Shown: piece by piece, positions 17,980-27,279 of the stretch
Position numbering within the stretch: position 1 is the stretch's first letter
How the letters are laid out: every line of letters begins with the position of its first letter
NCBI GenBank assembly: GCA_036012755.1
Contig: DASCPX010000053.1
Coordinates: forward strand, 1-52,910
Direction: 5' to 3'
DNA length: 52,910 nt
Origin: Myxococcota bacterium
Lineage (GTDB): Bacteria; Myxococcota_A; UBA796; CAJQPC01
The notes under the pieces: generated by a model
What the model was told of the DNA's origin: nothing
Seen by the model: only the letters and a program-made list of their open reading frames with translations
The model's database searches: none
Made by a program: the position numbers and the translations under genes

Positions 17980-19506
17980 ATGACGCTACTGCTGCTGCCC
18001 GCCTGCCAGCCGACGCTGCCCCTGCAGCCCCCTCCAGATCAGATCGGCGAGCACGACACAGGCGACACAGGCGACACCGCCGACACCGGCGAGCCCGAGG
18101 TCCTCGCCGAGTACATGAACGAGGACGACCTGTGGACCCACCTCGAGGCCCTCGCCGAGATCGCTCGGGAAAACGGAGACACCCGGGCCTGGACGAGCCC
18201 CGGGCACATCGACTCCACCGCCTACGTGCTCGGACAGCTCGAGGGTGCTGGCTACACGCCCTGGATGGATCTCCACACCTACGAGAAACAGGTCAACGAA
18301 GAGGTCGGGCTCGCGATCGCCGGCGAGGAGCCCTGGGTCTACACAGAAGACTACGCAGTCATGTCCGGATCCGGATCCGGCGAGCTCATCTCGACCCTCA
18401 CCGGCGTCGATCTCACCATCCCGCCGGGCGAGGAGGCCAACACGAGCGACAGCGGCTGCGAAGCAGAGGACTTCGCGGGCTTCCCCGCTGGCGACATCGC
18501 GCTCATCCAGCGCGGCACCTGCAGCTTCGCCGACAAGGTCCAAAACGCCCTCGACGCTGGCGCGGTCGCAGTCCTCATCTTCAACGAGGGCCAGCCAGGC
18601 CGCCGGGAGCCGGTGAAAGGCAGCCTCGGGCGGCACTTCGACGTCCCCGTCCTCGGCCTCTCCTACGAGCTCGGGGCCGAGCTGGCCGAGACCACCGCCG
18701 AGCTCGACATCGTCCTGGAGCTGGGCGTCGAGGAGTTCCAGCTCTCCAACGTCATCGCCGAGCTACCCGGCGACGACAGGGTCGTGCTCATCGGCGCTCA
18801 CCTCGACTCCGTCTCGGCCGGGCCCGGCCTCAACGACAACGCCAGCGGCTCGGTGGTGGTGCTGGAGCTCGCGCTGCAGCTCGCCAGGCTCGAAGTCGAG
18901 GACCGTCCGACCGTGCGCTTCGCCTGGTGGGACGGCGAGGAGTACGGACTGCTCGGCAGCTACGCCTACGTCGAGTCTGCCGGAGACGAGCTGCCGGATG
19001 CCTACTTCAACTACGACATGGTGGCCTCTCCCAACGGCGCGCCCTTCATCTACGACGGCGACGGCAGCGCCGACGAGGGCCTGGCCCCCAGCGGCAGCGC
19101 GGTGCTCGAGTACGCCCTGCAGGAAGGCTACGAGGTCCAACAGCTGCAGTGGGAGGAGACGGGACCCTACGTGCCGACCGACTCGTGGTTCTTCCTGGAG
19201 GCGGGGGTCGCCAGCTCCGGCATCTTCACCGGCGCTCACGAGGGCCTCCGCCAGAGCCTCGCCGAGACCTACGGCGGGGACGCGGCAGAGGCCATGGACC
19301 CCTGCTACCACCAGCTCTGCGACGACCTCGACAACATCCACATGCCCCGCATGTTGGAGGCCACCAAGGCAGCCGCCCACGCGCTGCAGGTGGTGCTCGA
19401 AGACCCCAGCGCCATCGGCGAGCGAGGACAGCCGGGCCCCGAGCTGGCCCCGGTCCTGCCCGGAGACCTGCCACACTGCGGAGAGGAGGGCATGGCGAAG
19501 CGCTGA
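17980..19506 (+). CDS. M28 aminopeptidase with PA domain, lipoprotein
   Basis: ALIQRGTCSFADK (PA); GAHLDSV..GPGLNDNASG, WDGEEYGLLGS, NYDM, DPCYH. Confidence 0.92.
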   Translation: MTLLLLPACQPTLPLQPPPDQIGEHDTGDTGDTADTGEPEVLAEYMNEDDLWTHLEALAEIARENGDTRAWTSPGHIDSTAYVLGQLEGAGYTPWMDLHTYEKQVNEEVGLAIAGEEPWVYTEDYAVMSGSGSGELISTLTGVDLTIPPGEEANTSDSGCEAEDFAGFPAGDIALIQRGTCSFADKVQNALDAGAVAVLIFNEGQPGRREPVKGSLGRHFDVPVLGLSYELGAELAETTAELDIVLELGVEEFQLSNVIAELPGDDRVVLIGAHLDSVSAGPGLNDNASGSVVVLELALQLARLEVEDRPTVRFAWWDGEEYGLLGSYAYVESAGDELPDAYFNYDMVASPNGAPFIYDGDGSADEGLAPSGSAVLEYALQEGYEVQQLQWEETGPYVPTDSWFFLEAGVASSGIFTGAHEGLRQSLAETYGGDAAEAMDPCYHQLCDDLDNIHMPRMLEATKAAAHALQVVLEDPSAIGERGQPGPELAPVLPGDLPHCGEEGMAKR

Positions 19507-19823
19507 TGCTGCTCGTTGTCTCGAACCTGATCGTCAATGGACCCCGCAGCATCGAGGAGGTCGAGCCGATCCTGGCCGCCTCGGGCATCGAGTCCTGCTC
19601 CCAGAGCCCCATCGAGTTCGACCTCGAGTTCTACGTCGCCGGCAAGCTCGACCGGGTCCACCTCGAGAGAACCGATGAAGTCGACGAGGCCCTGCACGAC
19701 TGCCTCTCAGGGAAGCTCGAGGCCCTGAGCTTCCCAAAGCTGGAGACCCACGCGAAGACCCGCGTCCAGGTCCATGTCGCCCTCGAGTCACCTGCTCCGC
19801 CAGAGGATGTGACGAAGGACTGA
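19506..19823 (+). CDS. Small AgmX/PglI-C (TonB-C-like) domain protein
   Basis: TGATG-coupled start; C...LHDCL..L..LSFPK pattern, as in the C-terminus of 49154..50479. Confidence 0.5.
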   Translation: MLLVVSNLIVNGPRSIEEVEPILAASGIESCSQSPIEFDLEFYVAGKLDRVHLERTDEVDEALHDCLSGKLEALSFPKLETHAKTRVQVHVALESPAPPEDVTKD

Positions 19824-19899
19824 GTCAGGGATTCAGGGCTTTCCGCGACCCCCCCCCGTGCACATGTACTCTACAGCTGTAGGGCCATAGAGGAGTTCG

Positions 19900-19965
19900 A
19901 TGCTGCGGGATCAGCTGATCACGCTCGGCATCATCGTGACGGCGCTGCTCGTCATCATGAGCTGA
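19900..19965 (+). CDS. 21-aa single-TM small protein MLRDQLITLGIIVTALLVIMS
   Basis: AGAGGAG SD 4 nt upstream; nearly all codons end in G/C; hydrophobic core. Not in the ORF track. Confidence 0.6.
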   Translation: MLRDQLITLGIIVTALLVIMS

Positions 19966-20839
19966 GGCGACCCCGAATCAAGCCACCGCGCTGCAAAGCC
20001 TCCAGTGCGCCCGACCGAGAATCGAAGACAGCGATGAAGCGGTTCTTGTGACAGAACTTCGCTCCTGGAACACCGCAGACCTCCGCTAGCTCCTCGTCGA
20101 CCAGCCCGGCCCAGGCCTCTGGCAGCGGCCGCTTCTTGTCGAAGCTCCCGCGCTCCGGCGGGATGGCGACCGTCCGCCAGGTCTCGCCGTTGAGGTCCGG
20201 TTGGAGCACGAACTCGGTGGGGTGCTCGCGCCCGCCGAGGTCGTAGTAGGGCGGCTTCCAGTCGAACCAGTGCGACAGGAGGATGAGGTTGCTCCCGCGC
20301 TCGACGGCGTCGGCCATGGCGGCGGACATCCAGCGCCGGTTGCGCCTGCGGGCTTCGTGCTCTGCCACCAGACCGCGGAGCACGTCCCGAGCCATGTCCG
20401 CCGCGCGGTGGAAGGCTTCGTCGAACTCGGCAAGGGTCTCGCAGCGCTTGTTGTGGGCGTCGACGAGCACCGCGAAGCAGGGGACCGAGCGCTCGGGCTG
20501 ACGTCGTCCCGTGTCCACGTCGTCGACGTAGTCCACCAGCGAGGCCCGGAGGTTCGAGGCGAGCGACTCGTCGACGTCGCCCCCTGCCTCGAGCCAGTCC
20601 AGGATCATGCCGGCAGAGGAGCGACTCCCTCCGTATGCCTGCTGGTGATGGTCGAAGCGACGCGCGCCCACGTCGAAGACGCCGCCCACGTCGAAGACGA
20701 TGTCCGCCTCGGCGAGCACGCCGGGGTCCCGAGTGCGCACCAAGGTGGCCGCCGGGTCCCAAAACAGCGACAGCATCGCCCAGGCCAGAACGTCGTCGGC
20801 GTGAAAGGTGCCGTAGTGCGTCGCGCCCCGAAGTCCCAC
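19955..20839 (-). CDS. MYG1 family (DHH-like) exonuclease
   Basis: THYGTFHADD, VRTRD, FDVGG..RFDHHQ, SSAG, RPLPEAWAGL, FCHKNRFI; GTG overlaps the upstream TAG. Confidence 0.92.
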   Translation of the reverse strand: MGLRGATHYGTFHADDVLAWAMLSLFWDPAATLVRTRDPGVLAEADIVFDVGGVFDVGARRFDHHQQAYGGSRSSAGMILDWLEAGGDVDESLASNLRASLVDYVDDVDTGRRQPERSVPCFAVLVDAHNKRCETLAEFDEAFHRAADMARDVLRGLVAEHEARRRNRRWMSAAMADAVERGSNLILLSHWFDWKPPYYDLGGREHPTEFVLQPDLNGETWRTVAIPPERGSFDKKRPLPEAWAGLVDEELAEVCGVPGAKFCHKNRFIAVFDSRSGALEALQRGGLIRGRLSS

Positions 20840-22911
20840 TACAGCTCCGTGACCCCCACCCGGATCCGGTAGGGGCCGGCCACGCTGGAGTCGTAGTCCA
20901 GGCTGTTGGAGGCAGTGGTCGACAAGACGGTCGCGTAGCTGTCCTCGACCGCCGAGCCGATGGCCGTGCCGAAGCCGCCGTCCGTCGCTGGGGATGTCGT
21001 CGAGTCCACGTCCGCTGTCGAGCAGTTCTGGAAGCCGACGCCGACGGCGTAGTAGGTGCCGGAGCTCACCAGGATGCCGATGTCGTCCGAGGTGTTCCAG
21101 CCCGGAGAAGCGGAGGCATCCGCGCTCTCGCTGTTGCCCCAGACCATGGTCCAGGAGGTCGGCCCCTCCGTCACCGCAGAGGCCTCGAGCGCGTAGAAGT
21201 CCAGCTGGCAGCTGGAGTCGGCCTGGGCGTAGATCTCGATGCGGTTCAAGGTCGCGTCGGTGTCGGCGAGGATGACATCGAAGACCGCCATGTCGACGGC
21301 GTCGGTGGAGTCGTCGCTGCCCCCGAGCTCGTACTCGGTCTCGCTGCCGCACTCGGAGGCGTCACAGGAGAAGGAGGCGTCGTCGCCTGCCTCGTAGGAC
21401 CAGCCGTTGTCTCCGTCGTTGAGGTAGACATCCGCGGTGGAGTTGTCGTCGCCGTCCTCTCCAAAGTCCACGACGTCGAAGGTGACCTCTGCGTTGGCGA
21501 GGAAGAGGCCGCCGTCGACCTCGCTGTCGGTGTTGCCGTGCATGCCGCTGTCGGTGCTCGAGGTGCCGGACCACTCCACCGAGGCGTCGGTGAAGGCCGC
21601 CGCCCCGCCCAGATCGGCGGCTACGTTCCCGCTGAAGTAGACCGTGTCCAGCGCTGCCTCGATGGTCGTGTCGTAGCCGTAGAGGTGCACCCCGCCGACG
21701 TCCTTGCCGCTGTAGTTGTCCTCGACGAGGACCGAGCTCCAGTCGTGCGTTCCGTCGAGCAACAGCGCCGCTCCTCCGAGGGTGTCCGCGGCGTTGTCGG
21801 AGAAGGTGACATCCACGAAGGTCGTGTCACAGCCATAGCTCGCGAAGCCACCCCCGAGGACGGCCTCGCTGTCTTGGACCACGACGCCGCTGAGCGTCAG
21901 ATCCGTGCCGTCCGAGCCGCCGATGCAGAGGATGCCACCGCCGGCCTCGTCGCTGAAGAGGTCCGTGTTCCCGACCCCGTTCTGGAGGGTGATGTCCTCC
22001 AGATCGACGTCGAGCCCGCCGCCGACATTGACGACCGGGTCCTCGCCCGCGCCGTCGAGCACGACCAGGGAGGCATCGCCTGAGAGGGAAGCCAGGGTCA
22101 CGTCCGCCGCGATGCTCAGGTTCACCGAGTAGCTGCCATCGCAGATCCAGACCGCGCCGTCCGTGGACACCGTCGGCGTCGCCGGGGCCCCGGTCCACTC
22201 CGCCGTCAGGTCCGTGCCGTCGGAGTGCATCACCATCCCGTCTTCGGCGGTCGAGGCATCGCAGTCGTCGTCGACGCCGTTGCAGACCTCTGTGCCCCCG
22301 GGGTTCACGTCGGGGTCGGAGTCGTCGCAGTCCCCCGCGTCCTCCACGCTGCCCTTGGGCTGGGAGCAACCCCTCAGAGCGTTGTCGGGATCTCCGTAGC
22401 CGTCGCCGTCGAGGTCCGCGAACCAGGTCCCGATCTCGCCAGCGTCCTCGTCGACGGTGCCATCGCAGTCGTCGTCGACGCCGTTGCACTCCTCGTCGGC
22501 GCCGGGGTGGATGTCCTCGTCGCCGTCGTCGCAGTCCTCGTCGTTGTCCGACTCGAGCGCATCAGCGCAGTCGAGATCCTCGCTGTCTACGATCGACTCG
22601 CTGCCGTAGGTGTCCCCGTCGAGATCCTCGTAGCAGCTCTCGTAGCCATCGCAGTCGTTGTCCTCGCCGTCAGCGGGGACCTCGCTCGCGCCGGGATGCT
22701 GAGCGGCGTCGGTGTCATCGCAGTCGAGGTTGTTGTCGACGTTGGCGTAGGGCGCCACGCAGGCCTCGACCCCGCTGCCGACGCGGCCATAGCCGTCGCC
22801 GTCGATGTCGGCGTACCAGGTGATCGGCGTGCAGGGCACGTCGCTGTCGTCGCCTAGGCCCGAGTCCGACACCCGGTTGAACTTCGAGCAGGCGAAGACG
22901 AAGAACAGCAC
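20839..22911 (-). CDS. Lipoprotein with MopE-like Cys/Asp repeats and beta-helix region
   Basis: GGAGG SD; MLFFVFA-C; three DCDD..PG..E..G.D.DCD units; GGG/GGA..F..N.A beta-helix repeats. Confidence 0.8.
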   Translation of the reverse strand: MLFFVFACSKFNRVSDSGLGDDSDVPCTPITWYADIDGDGYGRVGSGVEACVAPYANVDNNLDCDDTDAAQHPGASEVPADGEDNDCDGYESCYEDLDGDTYGSESIVDSEDLDCADALESDNDEDCDDGDEDIHPGADEECNGVDDDCDGTVDEDAGEIGTWFADLDGDGYGDPDNALRGCSQPKGSVEDAGDCDDSDPDVNPGGTEVCNGVDDDCDASTAEDGMVMHSDGTDLTAEWTGAPATPTVSTDGAVWICDGSYSVNLSIAADVTLASLSGDASLVVLDGAGEDPVVNVGGGLDVDLEDITLQNGVGNTDLFSDEAGGGILCIGGSDGTDLTLSGVVVQDSEAVLGGGFASYGCDTTFVDVTFSDNAADTLGGAALLLDGTHDWSSVLVEDNYSGKDVGGVHLYGYDTTIEAALDTVYFSGNVAADLGGAAAFTDASVEWSGTSSTDSGMHGNTDSEVDGGLFLANAEVTFDVVDFGEDGDDNSTADVYLNDGDNGWSYEAGDDASFSCDASECGSETEYELGGSDDSTDAVDMAVFDVILADTDATLNRIEIYAQADSSCQLDFYALEASAVTEGPTSWTMVWGNSESADASASPGWNTSDDIGILVSSGTYYAVGVGFQNCSTADVDSTTSPATDGGFGTAIGSAVEDSYATVLSTTASNSLDYDSSVAGPYRIRVGVTEL

Positions 22912-22935
22912 GGAGCCTCCAACCGGAGGCAGAAA

Positions 22936-23250
22936 CTACCGCGTGGCGAGGGCCTCTGCCGTCGAAGCCGTCTGGGCTTCCATGGCATCGACCTCCATCT
23001 CGAGCATGCCGAGGCGGGTGTCGATCGCCTCCAGCGTGCCCTGCTGGGCGTCGATCAGCGTCGACTGCTCCAGCCGCGCCTGGTCCATGTTCGTGATCAT
23101 GTCCTCGTGGACCTTGTTCGTCATCCACATGTTCGCGCCGAGCATTCCGAAGATGACGGAGAGCAGGAGTGTGCGCGCGACGAAGGTACGACGAGCCTCC
23201 CTGCGCTGGTAGTACTCGAGGCGCTTGAGGTCGGCGCTCAGTTCCTGCAT
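22936..23250 (-). CDS. Hypothetical single-TM coiled-coil protein
   Basis: GGGAG SD; TM LLLSVIFGMLGANMW; heptad-like C-terminus. Confidence 0.7.
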   Translation of the reverse strand: MQELSADLKRLEYYQRREARRTFVARTLLLSVIFGMLGANMWMTNKVHEDMITNMDQARLEQSTLIDAQQGTLEAIDTRLGMLEMEVDAMEAQTASTAEALATR

Positions 23251-23284
23251 CGGTGCTCCCAGGTCGCCACTGGTTTCCCACGGA

Positions 23285-23323
23285 TGTCAGGCAAATGTCA
23301 AGCGGAAGTCAACCGGTCGTCAA
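23285..23323. promoter_or_regulatory. Four GTCA(A/G) direct repeats at exact 11-bp period (PhoB/OmpR-type array)
   Basis: GTCA at 23286, 23297, 23308 and 23319, about 35 bp upstream of ATG 23250. Confidence 0.65.
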
Positions 23324-23327
23324 CAAA

Positions 23328-24095
23328 CTAGAAACACCAGTCGTTCTCTACCCCTGGGTTCCCGGAGTCCCCGGAGCTCAACACGCCCCACTGGCCGCAC
23401 CAGTGGTCGAGGTCGTCGTTGAGGCCGACAGTGGCCTCGTCGGGGTCGACACCCATCGCCTCACCGACCTCTGCCCAGTCCGCGTCGTCCCATTCGATCC
23501 GGTCGAGCACCGAGCCGTCGGGCTCCGTGAAGAGGACCTCGTCTTCGCTGTTGGAGAGGGCAAAGCCCCCGCCCCAGGTCTCGTAGACGTAGTTGCCGTC
23601 GCAGTCGACGCCGCCGTTTTCCCACCGCGAGGGGTTGGCACAGAGGACGACGAAGTCTCCGGGCTCGACGACGAGGTCTCCCAGGATCTCCACACCATCC
23701 ACGCCATCGTCGGCGAGCATGTGGCCGGCGAGATCGACCCAGGCGTCCCCCCGGTTCCAGAGCTCGACCCACTCGCCTTCGGAGTCCGCGACCGCGGAGG
23801 GGTCGACCATGAGCTCGGAGATCACGAGCTCGCCGTGCTTGGGGGCGCGGGCCGACTCCCGCGACGATCCTGGCTCCTCTGTGTCATCGGGATCGTCCGT
23901 GTCACCGGGATCGTCGGTGTCGTCGGTGTCGTCGGTGTCGTCATCGCCGGACTGGTTGCCGCCACCGTCGTCGGCCTCTCCGGTGTCGTCCTCGTCGGAG
24001 ACGCCGGTCCAGTGCGAGAGACCGCCGGTGTCCTCGGAGCGCTCTGGCTTCCAGGTCACGCCGTAGTCCATGCAGCCCAGGGCGAGGAGGATCAT
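23328..24095 (-). CDS. Lamin-tail-domain lipoprotein
   Basis: MILLALG-C; DTDD low-complexity linker; LVISELMVDP..DSEGEWVELWN..DLAG..LSNSED..GNPG. Confidence 0.85.
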   Translation of the reverse strand: MILLALGCMDYGVTWKPERSEDTGGLSHWTGVSDEDDTGEADDGGGNQSGDDDTDDTDDTDDPGDTDDPDDTEEPGSSRESARAPKHGELVISELMVDPSAVADSEGEWVELWNRGDAWVDLAGHMLADDGVDGVEILGDLVVEPGDFVVLCANPSRWENGGVDCDGNYVYETWGGGFALSNSEDEVLFTEPDGSVLDRIEWDDADWAEVGEAMGVDPDEATVGLNDDLDHWCGQWGVLSSGDSGNPGVENDWCF

Positions 24096-24141
24096 GGCCG
24101 ATTCATAGAGGCCTCCGATCCCGAGCGCCCGTGACGAGCAG

Positions 24142-24157
24142 CGCACAATTCATGCCA
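24142..24157 (-). promoter_or_regulatory. Sigma54-type promoter
   Basis: Minus strand TGGCATG-AATT-GTGCG, GG-N10-GC, upstream of 24095. Confidence 0.5.
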
Positions 24158-24220
24158 CATCGAAGGTAGCGACCCCCTGCTCCGTAGGTGTCGAAAGGGA
24201 CGGGAAGAGTAGGAGGCCCC

Positions 24221-24949
24221 ATGTTGTTCGCACTGATCGCCGTCGCCGCGAGCCAGACCGTTCGCACACTGCCGGCGGACATACCCACGCTGAACCTCGT
24301 CGCGGACCACGCCAGCGTGACCTTGCGCACCGTCCCGGGAGCAACCGAGACCGTCGTCACGGCGACACCTGTGCGCTGGTCGGAGGGCTGCATGCTGGAC
24401 TTCACCGGCTCCAGCGAAGAAGCCAACGTCACGGTCGTGGTGCCCGAGACCTTCGGCGCCCACTGCAAGACCGAGATCGACGTGGCGATGGCCGGGTACA
24501 CGAAGGTCACCACCGACATCGGCCGCGGAGCCGTGAGGCTCGAAGATCTCGCCGCGAACGCGGACATCGCGCTCGGAGGCGGCCGGGTGTCCGGCACGAC
24601 CAGGGCCAACTTCACGCGGATCGAGCTCCAGCGCGGCCGGGTGGTGCTGAAGGAGCTCGCCGTGCCCGTCGACGTCGATGTCGCCGTCGGCAGCGTGCTG
24701 CTGGAGTTCGACGAGGCCATCGCCGGCACCGTCGCCTCCCGCGTCGGCCTCGGCCGCAACCGGGTCCGCTTCCCCTACGGCGTCTGGTTGGACAAGGAGG
24801 TCGACACCGTCGTCGGGCGGACCTTCACGGCCATCCCGACCCGCACCTCCAGCGACACCCACCTCGTCGCTCGCGCCGGCCTTGGCAGCGTGCGCGTCGA
24901 GACGGTCCTGACCGACGAGCTGGGCGACAGCGTGGCCGACTCGGACTGA
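24221..24949 (+). CDS. Secreted DUF4097/adhesin-like beta-strand repeat protein
   Basis: AGGAGG SD; repeated (I/V)GxGxV(R/L) units. Confidence 0.6.
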   Translation: MLFALIAVAASQTVRTLPADIPTLNLVADHASVTLRTVPGATETVVTATPVRWSEGCMLDFTGSSEEANVTVVVPETFGAHCKTEIDVAMAGYTKVTTDIGRGAVRLEDLAANADIALGGGRVSGTTRANFTRIELQRGRVVLKELAVPVDVDVAVGSVLLEFDEAIAGTVASRVGLGRNRVRFPYGVWLDKEVDTVVGRTFTAIPTRTSSDTHLVARAGLGSVRVETVLTDELGDSVADSD

Positions 24950-24970
24950 GGAGCCGGGTATAGGCGAGGG

Positions 24971-26377
24971 GTGCTCATCTTCGCCATCGCCTGTACCGAC
25001 CCAGCACCGGATGCGCCGGACTCCGAGCAAGAGGTCCTCGACTCGGCCGACAGCTCGGTCGACACGGGCGAGCCCCCCTCCGAACCGGTCCTGCCCGAGT
25101 GGGACCCGGAGACCTTCCTCAGCGTCCTCGAGGTCGGCCCGGGCCAGGACTACGAGAGCCCTGGCGACGTTCCATGGGAGGGCATCGGCGGCGGGACGCT
25201 GGTCCGCATCCACTGGAGGGACGACCACTATCGGGACAAGTGGGTCATCGACGTGCCCGGGACAGAGGAGCTGCCAGTGGTCGTGGTCGGCGTGCCCAAC
25301 GACAAGGGCGAGCTGCCCGTCATCCAGGGCAAGGACGCCACCACGCGCACAGCGGTCGACTACTGGAACGAAAACCGCAGCGTCATCAAGGTCGGTGGCA
25401 GCAGGAACCCGGGGCTCGGAGCGAGCTGGGTATGGATCCAGCAGCTGGAGATCCGCGGCGCCTACTCCCAGTACGGCTTCACCGACGACCAGGAGCTCGC
25501 GGCCACCTACGGCGACAACGCCGCCGCCGTCCACATCGAGGCCGGCGAGAACATCCACGTCGTCGGCTGCGTGTTGACCGACAGCGGAAACGGGCTCTTC
25601 GTCTCCAGCGGGGCCTCGGACGTGCTCGTACGGGCGAACCACGTCTACGGCAACGGCAACGTGGGCTCCGCCTACGAGCACAACAGCTACACGGAGAGCG
25701 AGGGCATCGTCTTCGAGTACAACTGGTACGAGGGCCTGCGCGAAGGCGCCGACGGCAACAACCTGAAGGACCGTAGCGCCGGTCTCGTCGTACGCTACAA
25801 CTGGATCGAGGACGCCAACCGCCAGCTCGACCTGGTCGACACGAGCGAGTTGTCGGGGCACGAGGACTACGGCGACGCCTGGGTCTACGGCAACGTGCTC
25901 GTCGAGGGCGAAGACGAGGGCAACTCCCAGATCGTGCACTTCGGCGGCGACTCCGGAGACACGGAGCGCTACCGCAACGGCACGCTGTATTTCTGGCACA
26001 ACACGGTCCACAGCAAGCGACCTGGCAACACTACGCTGCTGCGCTTGTCCAGCTCCGGCGAGTCCGCAGATGTCGTCAACAACATCGTGTGGGCAGAGGG
26101 CGCGCTCGGCATCCTGAACGGCGACGGCAGCGTGCGCCTGGAGGGGAACTGGCTGTCGACGTGGACCGACGGCTTCGAGGCAGGCGGCCCGGTCACCGAC
26201 GATGGAAACTCGAGCTCGGACGAGGACCCGGCGCTCGACGAGCGCTACCACCCCACGGAACCCATCGAGGGCGCGGTGGTCTACGAGGTCGATGGCCACC
26301 CCGTACAGTGGCAGTACCGGCGCCACCAGGACCGCGAAGCACGCACCGACACAGAGGACGCCGGTGCCTACAACTGA
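24971..26377 (+). CDS. Right-handed beta-helix polysaccharide-lyase-like lipoprotein
   Basis: MLIFAIA-C; VPW, YRDK, GNG..EHNSYTE, FEYN, GNNLKDRSAG.VVRYNWIE, HFGGD. Confidence 0.75.
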   Translation: MLIFAIACTDPAPDAPDSEQEVLDSADSSVDTGEPPSEPVLPEWDPETFLSVLEVGPGQDYESPGDVPWEGIGGGTLVRIHWRDDHYRDKWVIDVPGTEELPVVVVGVPNDKGELPVIQGKDATTRTAVDYWNENRSVIKVGGSRNPGLGASWVWIQQLEIRGAYSQYGFTDDQELAATYGDNAAAVHIEAGENIHVVGCVLTDSGNGLFVSSGASDVLVRANHVYGNGNVGSAYEHNSYTESEGIVFEYNWYEGLREGADGNNLKDRSAGLVVRYNWIEDANRQLDLVDTSELSGHEDYGDAWVYGNVLVEGEDEGNSQIVHFGGDSGDTERYRNGTLYFWHNTVHSKRPGNTTLLRLSSSGESADVVNNIVWAEGALGILNGDGSVRLEGNWLSTWTDGFEAGGPVTDDGNSSSDEDPALDERYHPTEPIEGAVVYEVDGHPVQWQYRRHQDREARTDTEDAGAYN

Positions 26378-26392
26378 GCCCCGAGTCTCTGC

Positions 26393-27190
26393 ATGAAGAA
26401 GCCTGGCACCAACCACGACACCGGCATCGCGCCCAGCGTCTGGGCGGCCAGGGCTTTCAGCTGGATCCTGGGAGTTCCGTTCTGCCTGTGGATGCTCCTG
26501 TGGGGCATGGAGATCTCGGCGCTGGTCGGCGCGGTGCTGCTCGTGCCCTTTCGGCGGCGCTGGATCGGCTTCGCTCTCTTGCCTCTGTTCATCTGGAACG
26601 TCTCACTCGGGGAGTTCTCGGACGGGATGCGGCAGAAGGCCGCGGCAGAGGAGCTCGGACCACGTGATCGCGCCGCGGTGAGCGGTTTCAACATCTACAT
26701 GGCGGTGCTCGGCTTCCCGCTCTTCCCCGAGGTCGCCCGGGAGACCATCTGGCTGACCCGCGGCGAGACCGACACCTCGGGTCTGTCTCGTGCCCAGCGT
26801 CTGGCCCGGTGCTCGGCCTCGGTCTCGGAGCCGGTGATCCGGCGCAACAGCGACTTCATCCTGCGTGACGACATGGCGCTGGCCGCGGCCGAGCGCGCCT
26901 GGGCCACCGGCGAGCCGCAGCGGCTGACCTGGGCGAACTACGAGCAGGCCGACTCGGTCCGCGTGGCCCTCGCCCTCTGGACTCCCGACGCGATGGTGAG
27001 CCGCGAAGGGGATCAGCTCGTGGCCAGCGCCACGATCCGCTACCCGGCCTCTGGGGCCTTCTACGTCCAGGTGCCGACACTCTTCGGCCCGGTCCCCGTC
27101 GGCCTCGACGAGGGCATCTTCTGCCACATGCAGGCCCAGGGACACTGGAATCCCTACCGCGTGGAGTGGGTCTTCGACGGACCTCCCTGA
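26393..27190 (+). CDS. Hypothetical membrane protein
   Basis: Several N-terminal hydrophobic segments; GC3-rich; fills the gap. Confidence 0.65.
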   Translation: MKKPGTNHDTGIAPSVWAARAFSWILGVPFCLWMLLWGMEISALVGAVLLVPFRRRWIGFALLPLFIWNVSLGEFSDGMRQKAAAEELGPRDRAAVSGFNIYMAVLGFPLFPEVARETIWLTRGETDTSGLSRAQRLARCSASVSEPVIRRNSDFILRDDMALAAAERAWATGEPQRLTWANYEQADSVRVALALWTPDAMVSREGDQLVASATIRYPASGAFYVQVPTLFGPVPVGLDEGIFCHMQAQGHWNPYRVEWVFDGPP

Positions 27191-27197
27191 GCGCTCC

Positions 27198-27213
27198 TGG
27201 CACGGGTCTTGCG
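27198..27213 (+). promoter_or_regulatory. Sigma54 (-24/-12) promoter
   Basis: TGGCACG-GGTC-TTGCG, near-consensus, about 67 nt before ATG 27280. Confidence 0.75.
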
Positions 27214-27279
27214 GATCGCGATCGTGGCGAGAACCCCGTTTGTATGCGACTTGGCGGCGTCACGACCGAGGGTCCCACC

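Noticed and set aside
23880..23945. GTGTCGTCG 9-bp tandem repeat
   Set aside because: Encodes a DTD low-complexity linker, which is common in these lipoproteins.
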